Translations under genes and position numbers: made by a program
Shown: positions 50,731 to 53,578 of the stretch, one piece after another
How positions within the stretch are numbered: position 1 is the stretch's first letter
How the letters are laid out: every line of letters begins with the position of its first letter
Source of the DNA: a virus
Lineage: Duplodnaviria > Heunggongvirae > Uroviricota > Caudoviricetes
Length of the DNA: 53,578 nucleotides
Virus record (IMG/VR): IMGVR_UViG_2671181188_000017
Strand: one strand, 5' to 3'
The notes under the pieces: generated by a model
Seen by the model: the letters and a program-made list of their open reading frames with translations, nothing else
Told to the model about the DNA's origin: nothing
Databases searched by the model: none

Positions 50731-51080
50731 TGGAGCCATACAGCCTCACACTCGATGAGGCCTGTCATTTTCTCAAGATATCCAGACCGACTGCCATTAA
50801 CTGGATACGCACAGGGCGTCTTCAGGCAACACGCAAAGATCCCACTAAGAATAAATCTCCTTACCTCACAACACGACAAGCCTGCATTGCGGCTCTTCAG
50901 TCTCCGCTGCATACTGTCCAGGTGAGCGCGGGTGATGGCATAACAGAGGAAAGAAAATGTCACTCTTCCGCAGAGGTGAAATATGGTACGCCAGTTTCAC
51001 ATTGCCGAACGGTAAAAGATTTAAACAGTCTCTTGGAACAAAGGACAAAAGGCAGGCGACAGAACTCCATGACAAGCTAA
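50730..51080 (+). CDS. Excisionase-like HTH protein (Xis candidate)
   Basis: Likely start [37 protein letters not shown] (HTH), directly upstream of and overlapping int; track ORF 50646..51080. Confidence 0.5.
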   Translation: MEPYSLTLDEACHFLKISRPTAINWIRTGRLQATRKDPTKNKSPYLTTRQACIAALQSPLHTVQVSAGDGITEERKCHSSAEVKYGTPVSHCRTVKDLNSLLEQRTKGRRQNSMTS

Positions 51081-52120
51081 AGGCTGAAGCATGGCGGGTC
51101 AGCAAACTTGGTGAAATACCTGATATAACGTTCGAGGAAGCGTGTGTCAGGTGGCTTGAAGAGAAAGCACATAAAAAATCGCTGGACGATGACAAAAGCC
51201 GGATCGGATTCTGGCTTCAACATTTCGCAGGAATGCAACTAAGAGACATTACTGAATCAAAAATTTATTCAGCAATGCAGAAAATGACGAACCGGCGTCA
51301 TGAGGAAAACTGGAAACTCAGGGCAGAAGCATGCAGAAAAAAAGGGAAACCTGTTCCAGAATACACGCCAAAACCAGCGTCCGTTGCAACGAAGGCTACG
51401 CATCTTTCATTTATAAAGGCCCTACTAAGAGCCGCAGAGCGTGAATGGAAAATGCTGGATAAGGCACCAATTATTAAAGTGCCTCAACCAAAGAATAAAC
51501 GGATCCGCTGGCTGGAGCCCCATGAAGCACAAAGGCTGATTGATGAATGTCCGGAGCCATTAAAGTCTGTTGTTGAATTTGCACTGGCAACAGGCTTAAG
51601 ACGCTCGAACATCATCAACCTTGAATGGCAACAAATAGATATGCAGCGCCGGGTGGCATGGATAAACCCGGAAGAGAGTAAATCAAACCGCGCAATTGGC
51701 GTTGCGCTGAATGATACTGCATGTCGCGTATTGAAAAAACAAATCGGGAATCATCACCGTTGGGTATTTGTGTACAAGGAAAGCTGTACCAAACCAGACG
51801 GAACGAAAGCGCCAACAGTAAGGAAGATGCGGTATGACGCAAACACAGCCTGGAAAGCGGCGCTGAGACGGGCTGGTATTGATGATTTCAGATTTCACGA
51901 CTTGAGACACACCTGGGCAAGTTGGCTGGTTCAAGCCGGAGTCCCGTTGTCAGTGTTACAGGAAATGGGAGGCTGGGAGTCTATCGAAATGGTTCGTCGA
52001 TATGCTCACCTTGCACCTAATCACCTTACCGAACACGCACGGCAAATAGACTCGATCCTGAACCCATCGGTCCCAAATTTGTCCCAGTCAAAAAATAAGG
52101 AAGGTACTAATGATGTGTAA
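50957..52120 (+). CDS. Prophage tyrosine integrase
   Basis: 387 aa; C-terminal ..[33 protein letters not shown] catalytic region; ends 15 nt from the tRNA. Confidence 0.9.
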   Translation: MSLFRRGEIWYASFTLPNGKRFKQSLGTKDKRQATELHDKLKAEAWRVSKLGEIPDITFEEACVRWLEEKAHKKSLDDDKSRIGFWLQHFAGMQLRDITESKIYSAMQKMTNRRHEENWKLRAEACRKKGKPVPEYTPKPASVATKATHLSFIKALLRAAEREWKMLDKAPIIKVPQPKNKRIRWLEPHEAQRLIDECPEPLKSVVEFALATGLRRSNIINLEWQQIDMQRRVAWINPEESKSNRAIGVALNDTACRVLKKQIGNHHRWVFVYKESCTKPDGTKAPTVRKMRYDANTAWKAALRRAGIDDFRFHDLRHTWASWLVQAGVPLSVLQEMGGWESIEMVRRYAHLAPNHLTEHARQIDSILNPSVPNLSQSKNKEGTNDV

Positions 52121-52134
52121 CTTATTGATTTTAA

Positions 52135-52210
52135 TGGTGCCGATAATAGGAGTCGAACCTACGACCTTCGCATTACGAATGCGCTGCTCTACCAACTGAG
52201 CTATATCGGC
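52135..52210 (-). tRNA. thrW: tRNA-Thr (CGU anticodon), attachment target
   Basis: 76 nt whose reverse complement reads GCCGATATAGCTCAGTTGGTAGAGCAGCGCATTCGTAATGCGAAGGTCGTAGGTTCGACTCCTATTATCGGCACCA. Confidence 0.95.
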
Positions 52211-52324
52211 CCTGAAAGGACATGTTCACGAACGTGAATCACGGTGGACAAGGTTAAAACTAACCGGGCGATGCGTCAATGGCCTTGTGAATCAAACGGC
52301 TACTTTTGCATCACCCGGTTTTAT

Positions 52325-53578
52325 TTACGCACGAATGGTGTAATCACCAATGCCGATCCACTTGTAAGTGGTCAGTGCTTCCAGCCCCATTGGGCCACGC
52401 GCGTGGAGTTTTTGTGTGCTTACCGCCACTTCCGCACCCAGTCCAAACTGGCCGCCGTCGGTAAAACGCGTAGAGGCGTTAACGTAAACAGCGGACGAAT
52501 CCACTTCGTTAACAAAACGCTGGGCGTTGCGCATATCGCGGGTCAGGATCGCATCGGAGTGTTGCGTGCCGTGTTCACGAATATGGGCGATGGCATCGTC
52601 AAGATCGCTGACGATTTTGACGTTCAAATCTAATGACAGAAACTCATCGTCATACTCTTCGGCTTTAACCGCCACCACCTTCGCAGGGCCTGTCTGCAAC
52701 TGCGCCAGCGCAGATGCATCTGCGTGTAACGTCACGCCGCTTTCCGCCATTTGTTTGCTTAATGCGGGCAGGAAGCTATAGGCGATGTTTTTATTCACCA
52801 GCAACGTTTCTACCGTATTACATGTGCTCGGACGCTGAGTTTTCGCATTGACGATTACTTTCAGGGCTTCAGCAATCTCTGCACTTTCATCAACATAAAT
52901 ATGGCATACGCCTATACCACCTGTGATCACCGGGATCGTCGACTGCTCGCGGCACAGTTTATGCAAACCAGCCCCGCCGCGCGGGATCAGCATGTCGATG
53001 TATTTATCCATACGCAGCATTTCACTGACCAGCGCACGGTCAGGATTATCAATCGCCTGCACGGCACCCGCCGGTAAGCCACAGGATTTCAGGGCGTCCT
53101 GAATCACCACCACCGTTGCCGCGTTAGTGCGACAGGTTTCTTTGCCACCACGCAGGATCACCGCGTTACCGGTTTTCAGGCACAGCGAAGCGACATCAAC
53201 CGTCACGTTCGGGCGCGCTTCATAAATCACGCCAATAACCCCCAGCGGTACGCGACGACGCTCAAGACGCAGGCCGCTGTCCAGTACGCCGCCATCGATT
53301 ACCTGCCCCACTGGATCGGCGAGGTTGCACACCTGACGTACATCGTCGGCAATGCCTTTCAGCCGTGCGGGCGTCAGTGCCAGACGGTCAAGCATCGCTT
53401 CGCTAAGGCCATTGGCTCGCGCGTCAGCAACATCCTGGGCGTTAGCGTTGAGGATGATTTCGCTTTGTGCTTCCAGTTCATCGGCGATTTTTTCCAGCAC
53501 GCGATTTTTTTCGCGGCTGGAGAGTTGCGCTAATTTATACGAGGCTTGCTTCGCGGCAATGCCCATTTGTTCCAGCAT
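52325..53578 (-). CDS. proA: Gamma-glutamyl phosphate reductase
   Basis: 417-aa product recognisable as ProA (aldehyde dehydrogenase fold); start codon occupies the last 3 nt of the window. Confidence 0.95.

Overview
This window reads as an Escherichia coli-type chromosomal segment at the proA / tRNA-Thr (thrW) integration hotspot, with two integrative elements inserted in tandem between a LysR-family regulator gene (1..900) and tRNA-Thr (52135..52210, minus strand) followed by proA (52325..53578). Element 1 (about 13959..52134) is a roughly 38 kb mosaic prophage: integrase and excisionase next to the tRNA, a cI/cro immunity switch, an O-like replication gene with internal iterons, methyltransferase, RusA, KilA-N, Q antiterminator, a lambda-like lysis cassette (S, R, Rz/Rz1, bor), HNH plus terminase, HK97-type head genes, a Mu-like contractile tail and baseplate, and an e14-like invertible tail-fibre region whose Pin-type invertase appears truncated at the recombination crossover site. 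It ends in a cargo region (IS fragment, AraC regulator, tRNA-Ser 3' fragment, GIY-YIG protein) and a 46-bp direct repeat of the tRNA-Thr 3' end (13913..13958). Element 2 (about 1027..13958) is a P4-like satellite island: P4-type integrase, alpha-like primase, AlpA-like regulator, Psu-like and Ogr/Delta-like genes. Between the Ogr/Delta-like gene and the integrase lies a strongly AT-rich six-ORF operon (9289..12565) that I cannot assign to a named system; it contains an Mrr-like nuclease-domain ORF coupled to the integrase and what looks like an SMC/Rad50-type ATPase split across three ORFs. This is the best candidate for an undescribed anti-phage system in the window. All calls rest on reading the supplied translations and sequence by eye and on recalled family features; no database search or computation was run, and a few coordinates taken by manual counting may be off by 1-2 nt.
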